DNA of 64,000 nt from Eledone cirrhosa (GCA_964016885.1 OZ024742.1:254200001-254264000), one strand, 5' to 3'. Positions 27,180-40,399 are shown, numbered from the stretch's first letter. The notes: generated from the letters alone by a model not told the origin. Translations and numbers: made by a program.

Positions 27180-27396
27180 GGATTGGCCATATCGGTAGAG
27201 TGTCAGACAGCATGCTTTGCAGTATAGAGTTACGTCCCTTTACAATCAGAGTTCAAATCCCGCCGAGGTTAGCTTTGCCTTTTATCCCTATGGGGTCGAT
27301 AAAATGAAGTACCAGTAATGCACAGGAGTAGATTTAATCGACTTTCCCCTCCCCACCAAATTACTGGCCTTGTGCCTAATGTAGAAATCATTATTG
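27180..27396 (+). mobile_element. tRNA-derived SINE family B, near full length
   Basis: TGGCCATATCGG A-box-like, GAGTTCAAATCC B box, conserved core, attatt tail. Confidence 0.85.
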
Positions 27397-28090
27397 TGCT
27401 ATCCTTCAGTCTTTTCCTGATCCAGGACTGCTGCTCCGTCAAGGAGACAAGCTGGGGAAAGGCGCATCTGGCAAATGGCAACCACACGTGTTCACCATCA
27501 AGGAAGTACCAGAAATGTCACAGCCTCAGCGCATGTTTGTGCATCATAAGCCACAGCATGCCTAGTCCTCCACGCAATGAGTGCTGACAGCAGATCGATC
27601 GTCTGACCATGGGAGCATATCCCTTCCACAAAAAGTGGAAGAGAAGGCGCTCCATTTTGGTCAGATGGGCGGGGGCAAGGTACGATGATTAGGCGGTAGG
27701 AGATAACAAACGCGATGTACGCATTCGCACGACCTTTCAAAGACAGCCTCTTCTGGGTGAAAGTGGCGAGTCTGGTCCGAGAAACCGGGCTTGCTCTGTG
27801 TATGTGGCTGTAGACTGAGGAGTGGGGAAACTGAGAGAGGGCACTTGCCCTGTTGGTCAGAGTGGCTCTTGTCTTTTGTGTGGTTTTCACCATAAGTGAC
27901 CCTCAGAGGCTTCCCCCGTTGGGGGGAATTTTTGTCATTTGAATTTTTTTGATTTGTTTTTACACATTTCTATCTTACTGTTATAACCTTTTTACACGGC
28001 CAAAACCCACTTTCTATTGTCCTGTACCGTTCTGTGCCGCCTGTTATGTTTTTCTTCGTGTTAGCCCTTGTGGCCAATAAAGAAACCATT
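27397..28090. mobile_element. L1/Tx1-like LINE fragment with apparent 5' inversion
   Basis: Minus 27400-27760 reads KRLSLKGRA..YIA..ISYRL..PCP / LLFHFLWKG..PMVRRSICCQH..GGLGM. Plus 27765-28086 looks like an ORF end and pyrimidine-rich 3' UTR ending AATAAAGAAA. Confidence 0.65.
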
Positions 28091-28286
28091 ATTAATATTA
28101 TTATTATCATTATTATTATTTTATTATTATTATTATCATCATCATCATTGTCATCATCATCAGCATCCTTATCATCATCATAATCATCATCACCACCATC
28201 ATCATCATCATCATGATTATTATTATTTCTATTGTCATGCAGTTTAGATAGAAAATGGACTGGACCTCAGACAGATAATACATTTC

Positions 28287-28497
28287 TTAATCCTTTTGCA
28301 TTTAAACCGGCTGTATCCGGCCAGAATTATCTCACCTCTTTCTGGTCAAACTGGCTGTAACTGTAAGGTATTGTCCTCAAAATAAATAATATCAACATCT
28401 CATAGATTCGATATTATGTGAGATAATTATGTGAAATAAAGTGTTACCATGAAAATATAATAGTAAATATAAAGTAATGTAAATGCTAAAGGGTTAA
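28287..28497. mobile_element. TTAA-flanked MITE (piggyBac-type ends)
   Basis: ttaa-tccttttgcattta ... taaatgctaaaggg-ttaa; 12/14 TIR match. Confidence 0.75.
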
Positions 28498-28499
28498 AA

Positions 28500-29552
28500 T
28501 GTGTGGAGTACCTAGCAAGGCTGATTCTGTATGACACTAATCTTTCACTTTAAGAAGTCTTGAATAGGATTGACCATAATGCCCCAATCACAACGGGTAT
28601 CAACAGCATTATTCTCATGCATTCGAAACAGTCTTGCCATCTCCATTTTCTATTTGGAGTACTTGGTGGATTTTCAACCTCTTTACTTGGAATAGTCATA
28701 TCATTTGGTATGGCTGTGTCTATGATCTGATAGTATTTGTCTATCTTGTTCAATACGACAATGTCCAGTTGCATTACTTTACAAGTCACATCCTCATACC
28801 ATTTTCTATTACATTCTATTGGTATTTGCACATAACAGCCAATGAAAATATAAACAGACTTTATAATGGTGGCACTTGTATTCTTTGTGTGCAAGGCTCT
28901 CACATCCTTACCAACTAGGTTACATTTTCCATATTCTTTTCCCAGTGTCTTCTTTTCTGGGTATAAATGTTATACATCACTGAATTGATAGCAAGAGCTT
29001 AGACTTGTGTGGTAATTATAAGGCTTTCAGTGGTACACTTCAAATCACCTTGCTTTAGCAATGACCATGAACTTGTTTTATCCTTGATATATTGTGTATT
29101 TCCTTCAAACTGCCCAGGCAATGTAATTTCCAGAAGATCTTTTCTCTGCTCTTCAACTCTTTGTTTAAACACTTCCTTGCCAGCCAATTCATGTGATAGT
29201 GCTCTTTGCAGTATATTTGCTGTTAACAAAAGTTACTATTATTATTTCTTCTTTCTTAACCTGTTCTTTTGCCATATTACTAAAACCAAGAGAATGGGCT
29301 ATAACTAATGACCTAGGAATTCTTGTTTCCTTTTTCCTAAGGTTTTTGTTCCCATCACCCTTCTCAGAATTCTAGCTGTCCTAGAATTGTCATTTTCTGG
29401 AGTAATACTATCTTTGCCTGGATCCCAATTATTCTAAGTTCTTGATCACACAACCTAGAGCACCTATCACCATTGGTATGACCTCAACCTTTCTCATGTT
29501 CCATATACTTTAGACATCAATTCTATGTTCCTTGTATTTATCAACTTTCTCA
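28500..29552 (-). mobile_element. RLE-type (R4/Dong-like) non-LTR retrotransposon fragments
   Basis: GQF...WSLLKQGDLK.TTESLII.TQ and DIVVLNK...IIDTAIPND...KEVE...IPVVIGAL. Second EKVDKY...W.MRKVEVIPMVIGALG piece at 29420-29552. Confidence 0.75.
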
Positions 29553-30116
29553 AAAATATAATTAGCCCGGGAATAGAACTCTGGCCCTCATGATTGTGAG
29601 TCCAACATTTAAGAACCTGTGTAACTATAGCAGTTCAGTGATGTGTAATTTTTTTCTGGCCTGTTTTTATGATAGAGTACCTACTTTTCAAACTGCTTTC
29701 AAAATTGAACCCACATCGTATGACTGTAAGTCCAACATGCTAACTACTAAGTCATGAGATATTACCACACGCACAAAGAGAAACAAATTAAAGACTTTTC
29801 ATTAAACCTATTTCCCTATGAATCCAGTTATATATCATTGGTGTGCATTAACAAAAGATGAGGATTACTTCAGACTTCGTTAACGATCTCAGTTGTTTTA
29901 TCTGTACGAGATACGGCATTTCAGCGTTCATTATTTTACTTTCTCCTAATGCTGCGTTCAATATCTCATTAAACTTCTTTATTGCTGCTGTCCAGCAACT
30001 CATTATTTCATATAACGCTTGTTCTATTGATTTCTTAGTCATTTTTCACCATCTCATTAAACCGATTCACACACATTAGCAATGTATTATTTATTTGTGT
30101 GCTTCTCAGATAATCC

Positions 30117-30480
<364 letters not shown>

Positions 30481-30683
30481 TAATGGAAGTGTATGTGAGA
30501 GATTATACAATTTGTCTATGTACAAGAAACATACATAAGTTTCTCTGTGAAAAATTTAAGCTGGGATCATGTCATATTTACTCCAGAAACCATGTGTGAA
30601 TGCAAAATACTAAAATTTCAACGTCATTATTCATTATCAGTGATGTTTAATCACTCACAACTTAGGTAGGTTAGCTAACAGCT

Positions 30684-30720
<37 letters not shown>

Positions 30721-30725
<5 letters not shown>

Positions 30726-31440
30726 TTAGAACCCTGTAACCATTAAGCTCTAAGTATAAAGTACAAATAAATACTGAGCCGATTAACAATATATAGTAAG
30801 AAACACAGTAAACCGTGTGTCTAAAATTACAAGGGTTGAAAAACCACATATGCTTGAAATATTTAACCAAGAAACAGACAGAATGACAAAATGAAAATAA
30901 AAATATATTATCATAATAATACAAACCGCCTCAATAACTATTATATCTCTCGGACAGATTTTCCCTAATCTGTTTCGCCCTGAGTGTGTTTGTAACAGAT
31001 AATCCTGGGCTTCATCAGCGAGAGATTGCGATTAAATGTCACAAACACTATTTGCCAACGTTCACACAGAAAGATTAATTTATCACCTCGTGCTCCGCCA
31101 GTCAAACGTGGTAAGCGTGTATTGAACAGAAATAACAGTCCAACACGCACAACTTAATAGCTCAACTTGTAAGGGAGCAGAAATATATATATGAATTAGA
31201 ACCCTGTAACCATTAAGCTCTAAGTATAAAGTACAAATAAATACTGAGCCGATTAACAATATATAGTAAGAAACACAGTAAACCGTGTGTCTAAAATTAC
31301 AAGGGTTGAAAAACCACATATGCTTGAAATATTTAACCAAGAAACAGACAGAATGACAAAATGAAAATAAAAATATATTATCATAATAATACAAACCGCC
31401 TCAATAACCATTATATCTCTCGGACAGATTATCCCTAATC
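30721..31440 (-). mobile_element. 470-bp tandem unit (1.5 copies) carrying a hammerhead; retrozyme- or PLE-pLTR-like
   Basis: 30721-30970 recurs almost exactly at 31191-31440. The element ends in (TA)n at ~30686-30722. Confidence 0.8.
30945..31026 (-). ncRNA. Type I hammerhead ribozyme, intact core
   Basis: Minus strand ATCTCTCG-CTGATGA-A-GCCC...GGGC-GAAA-CAGATT agggaa AATCTG-TC/CGAGAGAT. Stem I 8 bp, stem II 4 bp, stem III 7 bp. GUC site, predicted cut between 30953 and 30952. Confidence 0.9.
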
Positions 31441-33330
31441 AGAGGCATGAAGTGTAACTACAGAGGTATCAAATTGATGGATCAGGTCATGAAAGTTGCT
31501 GTAAAGGTTATAGCACAAATAATAGCATTTGTTGATCTGGAAAAGGCCTTTGATAGGGTTCCATGCTCTATAATTTGGTAGGCAGTTAGGAAGCTATGTG
31601 TAGAAAAATGTTTTGTAGAGGGTGTGCAGGTCATGTATAAAGGAACAACTAGCAGCGTGATAGTTAGCAATGAGTACATTGATGAATTTGAAGTACAGGT
31701 GGGGTCCTCAGTCAACTCCTGTTTACCACTGTCCTTCAGGTCATCACTGAGGAGTTTAAAAGTGACATTTCATGGGAACTCTTATATGCTGATGACCTAA
31801 TACTAATAGCTGATTCTGTAGGAGAGTTGGAGGCAACATTTCCAGTACAGAATAAAAATCTAGAGTTGAAAGACTTAAAAGTAAACTTAGCAAAGATGAA
31901 AGTCTTAATAAGTAGGCAAGAAGACAGAAGGGGGATTCCATCTGGGAACCTTGTTCAATAAGTTAGAAAGGGTTAGGCAGTAATTTCATAACGTGCATAC
32001 AGTGTATTTTATGGGTGCAAAAGAAATGTAGAGGGAATGCAAGCAGGTTAATGTGAAAGATAGACTTCGTATGCAGCAGATGTGCAGGAGAAGTAAGCAC
32101 TTAGACCATATATGCAATAGATTCCTTCAGTTGCCAAGAAGGCTCCTTAGAAGTAGTTGACAGCTTTTGTTACCTAGGTGGTCAAATTAGAAATAGTAGG
32201 GGGGGGGTGCACTGAAAGTGAAACACCAAGGATAAGAATAGGTTGGAAAAGGTTTAGAGACCTGTTACTGCAGCTCACAACAAAGGGCTTTGCTTTCAGA
32301 GTGAAGGGTAGACTGTATAATGCCTGTGTGCAAACTGCAATGCTACATGGCAATGAAACATGGGCTTTGACTTCAGAAGACCTGCAGAGGCTAGAAAGAA
32401 ATTAATCGAGTATGCTTCAATGAATGTATAATTTTAGTGTGCATGATGACATAGCATAAGAAAACTGAAGGAAAATTTTGGCATAAGAGGAACATGTGAT
32501 GCATTTGGATGATAGCAACTGCACTAAAATAATTAAAAACCCCAGTGGTTGGGACCCATGTACGAGGCAGACCCAGGATGATATGGGATGAGATTGTGAA
32601 GACAGACTATTGAAAAAGTAAACCTCACAACAGAAAGGACAAAGGACTATAAGGGCTGGCATTATGCTTGTTGATGAAGACCTGGCCAACAGCATACAAT
32701 CTTCCACTCCCCAGCAGCCATCATGACCAATCCTACAGCCCCCACCACAACCATGTCTCCTCCAGCATTCACTCCTTAGCTGCCCCACCTTAAAAACCCT
32801 AGATATCTTCACAATCACAAAATAGCACCCCCTTTCTTCACCCTAATGTTCCTCACCCTATTGTACTCTACCCATGTCCCCTCCAATATCATCCCTTAGT
32901 TATTCTCTCTGTAACTACACCTCACCTTCTCAGCACTGGTGTGTGCCACCCACACCCCAGTGCTAATGGCGAAACCATCTATACACCACCACATCCACCA
33001 CTTCAGAGTTCTCACCACAAAATCCCCTTCACCATTCATCACCATGGCAAATCACACAACACTTACCATAACCTTACTCATACCACCCTTCTATCCCTCA
33101 CATCAAAACAGAGAGGGTTCTTCCATTGGGATAAGGACCAACCGCAACTGCCTGTAAGGTGATTGGTGACAGGAATGACTGTAGAAGCCATACATAAAGA
33201 AAAAAAGGGTTGAAAAGTCCCTTCAGTTATGTAACGGTGTGATGACCTCTCTAGTGTTGGTGATCTATATGATAAATGCACCTTGTACACACTGTAAAGT
33301 GGTTGTTGATGAGAACTCGTCAGTTGTGAC
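31441..33330 (+). mobile_element. Old degenerate RTE LINE (RT to 3' UTR)
   Basis: NYRGIKLMDQVMK, AFVDLEKAFDRVP, ELLYADDL, remnant Cys cluster, FCYLG, GWKRFRDLL, MLHGNETWAL. Many lesions. Confidence 0.88.
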
Positions 33331-33707
33331 AAACTTTCCTGTGTACTTATTAGAATCTAAGACAATACATAAGCATGATGTAGAGCCCCCCCCCCCTTTT
33401 CCGGCCTTCAGTACTGACTCCATTTAACCATTGCTAGCAGTGATGTCAGACATTAATCAATGATGAACGTCCAAACAACATACCAATATGCACCCACGTA
33501 ACCAATTACACACACACACAAATCCTTACATGCTTGCACTCACATGTAAACACACACATGAATATCTGTGAATACACATATGTGCATAGCTGCCACACCA
33601 ATTACACTACAATATCCACATATGCCCATGCATAAAGGTAGGGCTGATGCTTATATATACACCCATCATCTCGCAAACCACAACAATAATTTTTTTTTTG
33701 TCACATT

Positions 33708-33799
33708 GCCAGTCTGAAGAGCAGACTATTTATGGAGTCGGGTCCATAACTCCTATGGGTGACCTTCAGCCAATCCTCTGTGAAACGTGCGTAACAGGT
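33708..33799 (+). ncRNA. Type I hammerhead-like motif with minimal stem III and long stem II insert
   Basis: GCCAGT-CTGAAGA-GCAGA...TCTGT-GAAA-CGTGCG-TA-ACAGGT, then AATAAA (33808-33813) and (CT)n/(TA)n. Confidence 0.72.
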
Positions 33800-33858
33800 A
33801 GATACTCAATAAATATCATATACATGTAAACGAAACTTCTTTATTCTTTTCTTATTAT

Positions 33859-33926
<68 letters not shown>

Positions 33927-33941
33927 TTCTATATATATATA

Positions 33942-34021
<80 letters not shown>

Positions 34022-34033
34022 TATATATATATA

Positions 34034-35463
34034 TGAGAATAAACGTGCTGCGTGGTTGCTAATGGGTTACATATGAATAAAGTTAGTCCTTCATCAGTGA
34101 TCTTCCAACCATCATTGGTATTCCATCGCTTTAAAGACCATATACCTCCGGTTGGTGCGAGCAACAGCTAAAAAAAGTCGTTGGGACACGTAAATAAAGG
34201 GGACACGAGAGTGTAAACAAATAAAGATGGTGAAGCAACGAAAAGTGAGGAAGAAAGAGTCAAGTCCCAAATTTCCATGAATATAAGTTCGGTGGAATCG
34301 TGAACGAGAGAGAATAAAGACCAACAAACCTGGTTGGAATGTGAGCAAGGAAGGAATTCCGTACAGGTCTAACGGGAGGAAGAAGGGATCTAGTCTGTGA
34401 ATTCGGTGAACGTAAGTTCTATGAAATCGTAGACGAGAGAGAGAAAAATATCCGCTTTTTTTCTCTCTCTCGTCTACGATTTCACAGAACTTACGTTCAC
34501 CGAATTCACAGACTAGATCCCTTCTTCCTCCCGTTAGACCTGTACGGAATTCCTTCCTTGCTCACATTCCAACCAGGTTTGATGGTCTTTATTCTCTCTC
34601 GTTCACGATTTCACCGAACTTATATTCATGGAAATTTGGGACTTGACTCTTTCTTCCTCATTTTTCGTTGCTTCACCATCTTTGTTTGTTTACACTCTCG
34701 TGTCCCCTTCATTTCCGTGTCCCAACGACTTTTTTAGCCGTTGCTCGCACCAACCGGAGGTATATGGTCTTTAAAGCGATGAAATACCAATGATGGTTGG
34801 AAGATCACTGATGAAGGACTAACTTTATTCATATGTAACCCATTAGCAACCACGCAGCACGTTTATTCTCATATTTACACATATTTTTTGCCCCGCTGTG
34901 ACCCGTCTATTTCGTTCTTACTGCTTCCTCTTTCTCTGTATTTTTACCGTCTCTAACAGTCACTCTCTCTGTTAGCCTCTTCCTCACCCTTCACTCACTC
35001 ACTCTCTGTTACTACCTCTCCTCCTCCTCCTTCTTCCCGTTTGACCTGCGCGTAATTCTTTTCTTTCGCACCCTTGGTCAGGCAGGTCGCTTTTTTTCTC
35101 TCTCTCGTCTACGATTTCCTAGAACTTACGTTCACCGAATTCACAGACTAGATTCCTTCTTCCTCCCGTTAGACCTGTACGGAATTCCTTCCTTGCTCAC
35201 ATTCCAACCAGGTTTGATGGTCTTTATTCTCTCTCGTTCACGATTTCACAGAACTTATATTCATGGAAATTTGGGACTTGACTCTTTCTTCCTCACTTTT
35301 CGTTGCTTCACCATCTTTGTTTGTTTACACTCTGGTGTCCCCTTTATTTCCGTGTCCCAACGACTTTTTTTAGCCGTTGCTCGCACCAACCGGAGGTATA
35401 TGGTCTTTAAAGCGATGAAATACCAATGATGGTTGGAAGATCACTGATGATGGACTAACTTTA

Positions 35464-35468
<5 letters not shown>
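34034..35468. mobile_element. 635-bp repeat unit arranged as inverted copy + forward copy + partial tandem copy, between (TA)n tracts
   Basis: 34034-34446 is the reverse complement of ~34457-34873. 34453 onward recurs from 35088. This inverted-plus-tandem layout is typical of PLE terminal repeats (inference). Confidence 0.8.
34759..34847 (+). ncRNA. Candidate permuted (pseudoknotted) hammerhead-like RNA; further copies at ~34060-34146 (-) and 35395-35468 (+)
   Basis: GGTA-T-A-TGGTCTT-taaa-gcgat-GAAA-TACC-(12 nt)-AAGATCA-CTGATGA. Pairings covary with the 496-bp family. Confidence 0.5.
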
Positions 35469-35500
<32 letters not shown>

Positions 35501-35508
<8 letters not shown>

Positions 35509-35645
35509 TAAAATAACAGATTAAAATTTAAGCAAAGAATCGCTGCTTTCACCCTTAACGGGATCTTCTGAGTTTCAGAAGTTCCCGTTAAGGGTGAAAG
35601 CAGCGATTCTTTGCTTAAACTTTAATCTGTTATTTTAATAAATAT
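35501..35645. repeat. ~70-bp-arm near-perfect palindrome abutting (TA)n
   Basis: atatttattaaaataacagattaaa...gggatcttctga-gtt-tcagaagttccc...ctgttattttaataaatat. Confidence 0.95.
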
Positions 35646-35932
35646 TTGCTCTACGGTTCTTATATATTTGATATATATTTATCCTTATCAAGCCCTCTTT
35701 GGATTTTAGTCTTCAAATTTATTATTATTACTATATATATATATATATAATCTTTTTCCATTTATCTGAGGGTTCTAAACCCCATTGTCAGGCTAAAATT
35801 CCTTTAGTCAAAAATACGGTGAAAGCTATTCTATTTTCTAATTTCAAACCTGCTCACAGTTTCAAAACATACTTACTTGCGATATATATATATATATAGT
35901 AATAATTTTCTTATATATATATATAGTAATAA

Positions 35933-36083
35933 TTTTCTTCCTAACGGAAAAAGAAAAGAATACTCACAGCAAAAGAAGAATTATCTTGTTCACACCCGCC
36001 TTTTCCCTTAAAGTAAACACTAATGTTGGTAAGAAGTTTTTAGATTTAATAGATATCCATTACCCACCACAACATTCATACAG

Positions 36084-36088
<5 letters not shown>
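35933..36088 (+). mobile_element. Penelope-like element fragment, duplicate of 37311-37467
   Basis: KRRIILFTPAFSLKVNTNVGKKFLDLIDIHYPPQH, the post-RT region of PLEs. Confidence 0.8.
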
Positions 36089-36148
<60 letters not shown>

Positions 36149-36499
36149 TTAGTTCCACAACAAATTAGCAAACCATACTCAAGGGTGCATGTTTTACCCA
36201 ATATGTTTTCAACTTGAGTGAGGTTGTGCTGAGAATGGAAGTGTATATGAGCTGACTTGATTCTGCGCATGGACGTCGACAAGGGAAACAACTCAAGTTA
36301 GACTGGTGAAGTGAGATAATTTATGTTTGAGTTAGTTCATTCTAGGTAAGATTTATCTTTGTAGTTTTGTAACATATATTTCGCAGCATGGGGGTAGTGA
36401 TTAAAAAAATCAGATCTTGTATTGAGACAAGTATTATTTCATAATTTCAGCAACATAATTATTTCTGTTCCAAAAATATGAAAGCCCACATCTCCATCA

Positions 36500-36835
36500 A
36501 CCCCAAGAGCTCAGAAGGTCAGAAACATGCCCCCTTCAACAACAGTGTAACATACCCACAGTAGTCTATGAGGCTGAAGTTACATCTACTCGACCAAACA
36601 AACAACAGGATATCAAAATATATGTGAGCATGGCAGAGAGCTGGTTTAAAGAACACTTCTTTAACCATCAGATAACCTTTAGATACTCGGATAGGCGATC
36701 ATCCATGAAGCTAGCAACCTACATATGGTCACTCAAAGGTGCAGATATTGATTACTCCATTCAATGGAACATTTTGACCAAATCTAGATCATACAGAAGT
36801 GGGAATTTGTTCTGTGGGCTGTGTATCAATAAACA
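36500..36835 (+). mobile_element. Penelope-like GIY-YIG endonuclease fragment
   Basis: VVYEAEVT...YVSMAESWFKEHFFNHQITFR...MKLATYIWSLK...YSIQWNIL..SRSY.SG...CGLC. Confidence 0.85.
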
Positions 36836-36864
36836 AATAAATAGATATATATATGTTCATGTAG

Positions 36865-37062
36865 GAGACACAGTAAAAAGGCTCTCAGTCCACACTGTAA
36901 GTTTGGTTGGTGTTAGGAAGGGCATTCAGCCATAGAAAACCTGCCAGATACAGTCCTGTACGAGGAAGACACGGTCACCCATCAATCTTGCCTCAAGTGG
37001 GACAGTTGCCATCTAACCCATACTAGCGTGGAAGATAGACGTTAGACGATGATGATGATGAT
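36865..37062 (+). mobile_element. RTE-type 3' end
   Basis: cacactgtaa...ggttggtgttaggaagggcattcagcc...ctaacccatactagcgtggaagatagacgttagac(gat)n. Confidence 0.8.
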
Positions 37063-37310
37063 ATGCATGTGTTTCAACCATTTTTCCATTGTCTTCACCT
37101 GCCTTTTATAATTAATTGTATATGCATACACAAACACACACACAAACATATATATATATATATCTGTTAAAAAACCCCAGAAAAACCAAAGCAAACGACA
37201 CAGTACCATGGATAAATATATTAGTTTAATGCTTCAAATAATAGGAATGTATTAATGTTTTGGACACCAGTGCTTCTTCAGATGATAGAATAAGAAATAT
37301 TTATATCTTT

Positions 37311-38519
<1,209 letters not shown>

Positions 38520-38673
38520 TATACAGATATACATGATATACTGGTATTTTTAACTAGCTATAGAAACACAGAAATACCTACTTCAAGAAACAAGCAGAAG
38601 ATGAACTCTCATAAACATATATATACCCATAGAAGACTGTTTAAAATTATATGCATGTATTGAGAAATGTGTG

Positions 38674-38757
<84 letters not shown>

Positions 38758-38787
38758 AGAATCAAAGCTATGTTAAAAGCATTTATT

Positions 38788-38843
38788 CACTTACAATTGT
38801 TTCATCCAAACCTAGGCTTGGGATCTTCGGACCATTTTCAATG
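38788..38843 (-). ncRNA. Decayed hammerhead-like motif (TTGAAAA core, palindromic stem III)
   Basis: Minus strand CA-TTGAAAA-TG-GTCCGAA...TTTGGAT-GAAA-CAATTG-TA-AGTG-AATAAA, then (TC)n(TA)n. Confidence 0.5.
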
Positions 38844-39569
38844 TTTGTAGATATAATTGACCTCCTTTCCAACGCAAGAGACATAGAGATACACACATAT
38901 ATATATATTGATGTACAGTGGAGTGACATATATTATACTATTTTAATTCAAGATCAAAATCAAAATCAAAATTAAAATACATTCGCCAGATAACACAGGA
39001 GGATAGTTTGATAGTCAGATCTAGTAGGTAGTGTATGCGTTAGTTACGCATGGAGCATGCAAGTGTGTCTCATTTTTATACGATTATTGTGTGGCAAGGT
39101 GTTACATGTAATGCAAGCACTTTAAGCGGGTAAGCAAGAGTATTATGGTGGTTGTAGTGGTAGGGTATGTGAGCAGAAAAAGAAAACGAAAAAGAAGAAG
39201 CAAAAGAAAGTTATAGTTTTCGTATCCACCACCATTTTCACAATCAGAAAAAGTAAGATATAGTTTTTACATCCATCACATAAGTAACGATGATTCCGTA
39301 ATGAATGTTTGATGCATTAAATTATTGTAGCGTATTGAGGCTCAATGTTATTTAATCCATATTTATAGAATAGGTTCTTTCTACTGCGAGAATTTACAGT
39401 GGTTTATTATCCGGAAGTAGGTGTGTAATTAAGGGGAGTTAATGCGTAAGGGGAGGTAACTAGCTGATTATCATAATTAAATTCATTGTTCTAACATACA
39501 TTATATGGTGCCTCAATTTTATATGTTTTATATGTTTTCAATTTTAAATACAGTCTACTCCATCATAAT

Positions 39570-40336
39570 TTCTTTCCCTAGCGCTCATATATTCACCTAG
39601 CTTATGCTAACAGAATAATTTTTGAAGCTTGTTTCTCTCCCACGGTATGCTATCTTTTCTGTTGTTCTCCTGTCTCACTCGCTTTACGCGTTTTAATTGT
39701 CCTAATAACTTATTTTGGTTATTATTGCACCGAAGTGAGATATATGATTTTTAATGCAATGAAATATCTATGATCTTCGGCAAATCACTGATGAGGGACG
39801 TATTTTATTACATGTTACCATGTGCTACCTGCAGTATTTTTCTCTATATTTTAATACATATATTTACCACTGCGATTCTGTGTTTTTTCTCTCTCTCTTA
39901 CTGTTCCCCCATTCTCTCTGTTTCTCCCCCTCTGTCTTGTCCGTTAACTCTTCCTCACACTTTCACTCACTCACTGTTTTTCTCCCTCTTCTCTTCATTT
40001 CATCCTGCACTCACGGACGCTATTTTTTCTCTCTCTGCTCAATGGCCTTCGTTCGTGCTGGACTATTCTTTCCCTAGCGCTCATATATTCACCTAGCTTA
40101 CGCTAACAGAATAATTTTTGAAGCTTGTTTCTCTCCCACGGTATGCTATCTTTTCTGTTGTTCTCCTGTCTCACTCGCTTTACGCGTTTTAATTGTCCTA
40201 ATAACTTATTTTGGTTATTATTGCACCGAAGTGAGATATATGATTTTTAATGCAATGAAATATCTATGATCTTCGGCAAATCACTGATGAGGGACGTATT
40301 TTATTACATGTTACCATGTGCTACCTGCAGTATTTT

Positions 40337-40340
<4 letters not shown>
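39570..40340 (+). mobile_element. 496-bp tandem unit (1.55 copies), homologous to the 635-bp family
   Basis: 39571 onward recurs from 40067. Ends in (TC)n(TA)n. Shares the 80-nt gap-free core plus cgct.ttttttctctctct and ttcactcactcact blocks with 34453-35468. Confidence 0.8.
39738..39825 (+). ncRNA. Candidate permuted hammerhead-like RNA (second copy 40234-40321)
   Basis: AGATA-T-A-TGATTT-ttaat-gcaat-GAAA-TATCT-(12 nt)-AAATCA-CTGATGA. Confidence 0.5.
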
Positions 40341-40370
<30 letters not shown>

Positions 40371-40399
40371 AATACATGTATCTAAAATAAAAAAGTCTA

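Noticed and set aside
34776-34815. C/D-box snoRNA or SECIS reading of the ATGA...CTGA motifs
   Set aside because: Box C is not conserved between the two families (atgatgg versus atgatct), and the spacing is too short for a SECIS helix II with an apical AA loop.
34112-35429. Repeated 78-aa ORF MLTFQPG... in the 635-bp unit
   Set aside because: Non-ATG start, no recognisable domain and not evidently preserved in the related 496-bp family; the repetition reflects the DNA repeat.
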